This document shows, one piece after another, positions 61,403-64,000 of a DNA stretch of 64,000 nt (position 1 is the stretch's first letter; each line of letters opens with the position of its first letter). The notes under the pieces are model-generated. The model worked only from the letters and a program-made list of their open reading frames with translations, was not told the DNA's origin and did no database searches. Origin of the DNA: Paraphysomonas bandaiensis. Lineage: Eukaryota > Protista > Chrysophyceae. A program made the position numbers and the translations under genes. The DNA lies in the NCBI GenBank assembly GCA_965644295.1, contig CBFFRP010000028.1:62001-126000 (forward strand), given 5' to 3'.

Positions 61403-63110
61403 ATGGACATCATTGAAAATATTTTGGATAATTATTTAGAGAAACTCGAGCATATGTCTACTCTGAAGACAGTAGCTGTCGCAACAACAGGTTTCGTATC
61501 ATTGATATCAGCGTATCATGTATATCTATCTATTCGAATGCCCGGGGAGGCGAAGGTCGAGTGGTCGTGGTTTCCGATTATGGGACATGCTATAGCATTT
61601 GGAGCACAACCTGTCAAGGCCATTCAGAAACTTTCACAGGATTCTAAAGGCAAGACCAAAGAAATTGTAGGTCTTGTATTGGCTGGGAAAAGGGTGTTTT
61701 TGATCAACGACCCTCTTTCTTTTAAAGTTGTTTTTAAGTCCAGAAATGAGGTCATTCTTTAGCTTGACATGCCTAGAAGTATAACATGATTTATGCAGCT
61801 GTCTTTTGATGAATTTTCTCGCACCGTTTTGATTAATGTATTCGGAGCGACACCAGAGTGTACACACGGTATTCACGTAGAAGCTGAACCACTATCTCGT
61901 GTACAGTATCAGAAGCATCTTCTGCAGGATGAGGGCTGTACAGCGATAACAGATCGCATGCAGCTAAAACTTGCTGCAATGGTACAAGCCATAGGAAGTG
62001 GCGTCTGTGTACTAGATATGCAGGAGTTCATGAACCGCCTCATATTTCGTGCATCAGCGGCGGCACTATTCAACAACGCCCTGGCTGACGATGAAGAGCT
62101 CTTTCAGCGATTCATTGACTTCGACGATATGTTCGCATTGGCAGTGGCGGGTTTGCCTGTGAAACTACTGTCAACTGGATACAGAGGTGAGCACGTGAGT
62201 TTCTACTCCTTTATCCACTGTTTATTATTGTGATAGGTCGAGAAAAACTTTTATCTGAAATTACCAGGTTCAAGGATGACCTCTCACAGTTTATACAAAG
62301 CCGTTACAAGTTGCTGGCGGAAGATTTTGGATATGGATGTCGCGACCTTTCTGCCAATCACCTTTCCATGCTCTGGGCTAGCGTAGGAAATACGATGCCA
62401 GGTAAGTACTGGCCCCAAGTCATGTAGCCATATATGCTTCTTCATCGCTGCACGCAGCTACCTTCTGGACAATGCTCTACATTCTTCGGTCCCCAGAAGC
62501 GCTAGATGCTGTTAACCGCGAACTTATTCAGGTTCTTGGAGAAAGTAGAGCGCACGACCCTGACCTACTGATATCTGCTGATGAACTGCGACGGATGGAA
62601 GTTCTGGATTCCTGTATATCCGAAGCATTGCGACTCTCATCTGGGTCCCTAATAATGAGGAAGGTAACGCAAGCATGTACCTTGACTCTGAGTTCCGGGA
62701 ACACATACTCCTTCCGCAAAGGCGACAGTGTTGGGGTTTTCCCACCTCTGGCGCATCATGATGCAGACATATATCCTGATCCAGAGGAGTTCCGTTACGA
62801 TCGATTTGTTGGGCACCCCAGTACTCTGACGATTGACGGGAAGGAAGTCGCGAGCTCACTCTGCTTCATTCCTTTTGGTGGCGGTGTATCCTATTGTCCT
62901 GGTAGAAAGTTCGCAAGAAATGAAATTAAAGCTTTGGCAGCTCAGCTTCTCCTCCGGTTCAACATCGAGTTTATGCGTCCAACGTCTTCTGAAAACAGTA
63001 GAGACCCCTATGTACCTCCTATTCCTGATGTTGACTACAGTCGGGCGGGACTGGGTGTATTCCAACCGAAAGATTGTCATATTAAAATAAGTCTATCCAA
63101 GAAGCATTGA
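61403..63110 (+). CDS. Cytochrome P450, CYP7/CYP8-like (4 exons)
   Basis: I-helix LWASVGNTMPATFW, K-helix EALRLSS, YPDPEEFRYDRF, heme motif FGGGVSYCPGRKFARNEIK, terminal SRAGLG; N-terminal TM anchor. Confidence 0.88.
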
Positions 63111-64000
63111 CTGAATGGGTTATGGTAGCACTCAGGTTGTATCATGTAGGGTAAATCTTGTAGTGAAGCTATATTTTCTTTGACTGAGTGTAGTCTTATT
63201 GACTTCGCACAACGCGCAATGTGGAAGAGATAAAGATCTCTGGGATATGTCAAATGTTTGCTTGTAATAATTTCATTACACGACTAAATTACTTGTATTG
63301 TACTACTTTGGCAGCACCTAAATTCTCATATTCGTTAATAAAGACATAGGTCTTCAACTCCTAATCATTGACAAGGATGATAGATAAGCGCCCCACATGA
63401 AGTACCTTTTGAGTTTAAGAGTATGGTATTTCCAATTATGAACGATTATTGTCTTCAGTCCCTTCAATGAATTGCGTTTGTAATATATAATAGGTTCTAC
63501 TATCTACTATTCATTACGAGTAAGAATGATTGAGAATTAAGCAATAGATCATACGTTGAGGGCTGAGCAGGAGCTATCGAAGGATAACAGCCTACAGGCA
63601 TACTGTCTACGCTACTTTATATTTCTTGATCATTAGCATGTATGTCAAGCACTATTCTCCGTTTCTGATGCTCTTTCATTCAGTCACATAATATTCAACC
63701 ATGTTCTTGGCATAAAGAGTTCATTACTTATACAATATCTTTCATAGCTTTCCAAACACTATAACATCAAATGTAGCAACATTATTTCGTGTGATATAGA
63801 CTAAAAAATAAATCTAGTAGCTAGAGGTGTTCAGGCGCAGCTGTAGAAATGTCTGGAACCACTCTGCAGTAAAGAAATGTAAGGTTTCAGATGAGGTGCA
63901 TTCGTTTGCTGTTGTTATGCATGAAATATTCAGTACTACGAAGCTATGAAATATGGTGTGTGTGTATAGTGTATAGGTATACATCCCTATAGATATGTAC

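Noticed and set aside
63495-63520. CTACTATCTACTATT similar to the repeat-family tail
   Set aside because: Only ~15 low-complexity bases match and the structured motif is absent.

Overview
Gene-dense eukaryotic DNA with short (~45-65 nt) GT-AG introns and flagellar genes; a stramenopile flagellate is my inference, not proven. From left to right: an intact Ty1/copia element (single gag-pol ORF, PBS, PPT, 3' LTR); a very large BAZ/MBD9-like chromatin reader; an intron-containing, apparently mitochondrion-targeted homologue of bacterial sulfoacetaldehyde acetyltransferase (Xsc); a seven-WW-domain protein; SNRNP40; an uncharacterised Rossmann-fold protein; an A20-type OTU deubiquitinase; a Slo/BK-type K+ channel with a C-terminal IQ motif; a Dpy-30/GAF protein head-to-head with CFAP91; a 67-aa spliced microprotein; a DAO-family oxidoreductase; a metaxin-like protein; RPL37; an OSCA/TMEM63 channel; and HSD17B10 head-to-head with a CYP7-like P450. 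RPL37 and the microprotein are absent from the ORF track. The intergenic DNA holds a Mutator-like MITE, a hAT-like non-autonomous element, a four-copy repeat family ending in a GNRA-hairpin motif (one copy inside a 12-bp TSD), and a recurrent CGGTATAC motif upstream of genes. The strongest leads are a possible eukaryotic mitochondrial sulfonate-desulfonation route (Xsc), the nested-domain chromatin protein carrying a NUMOD1 DNA-binding module, and the structured-tail repeat family. All family calls come from motifs recognised by eye; no searches were run.
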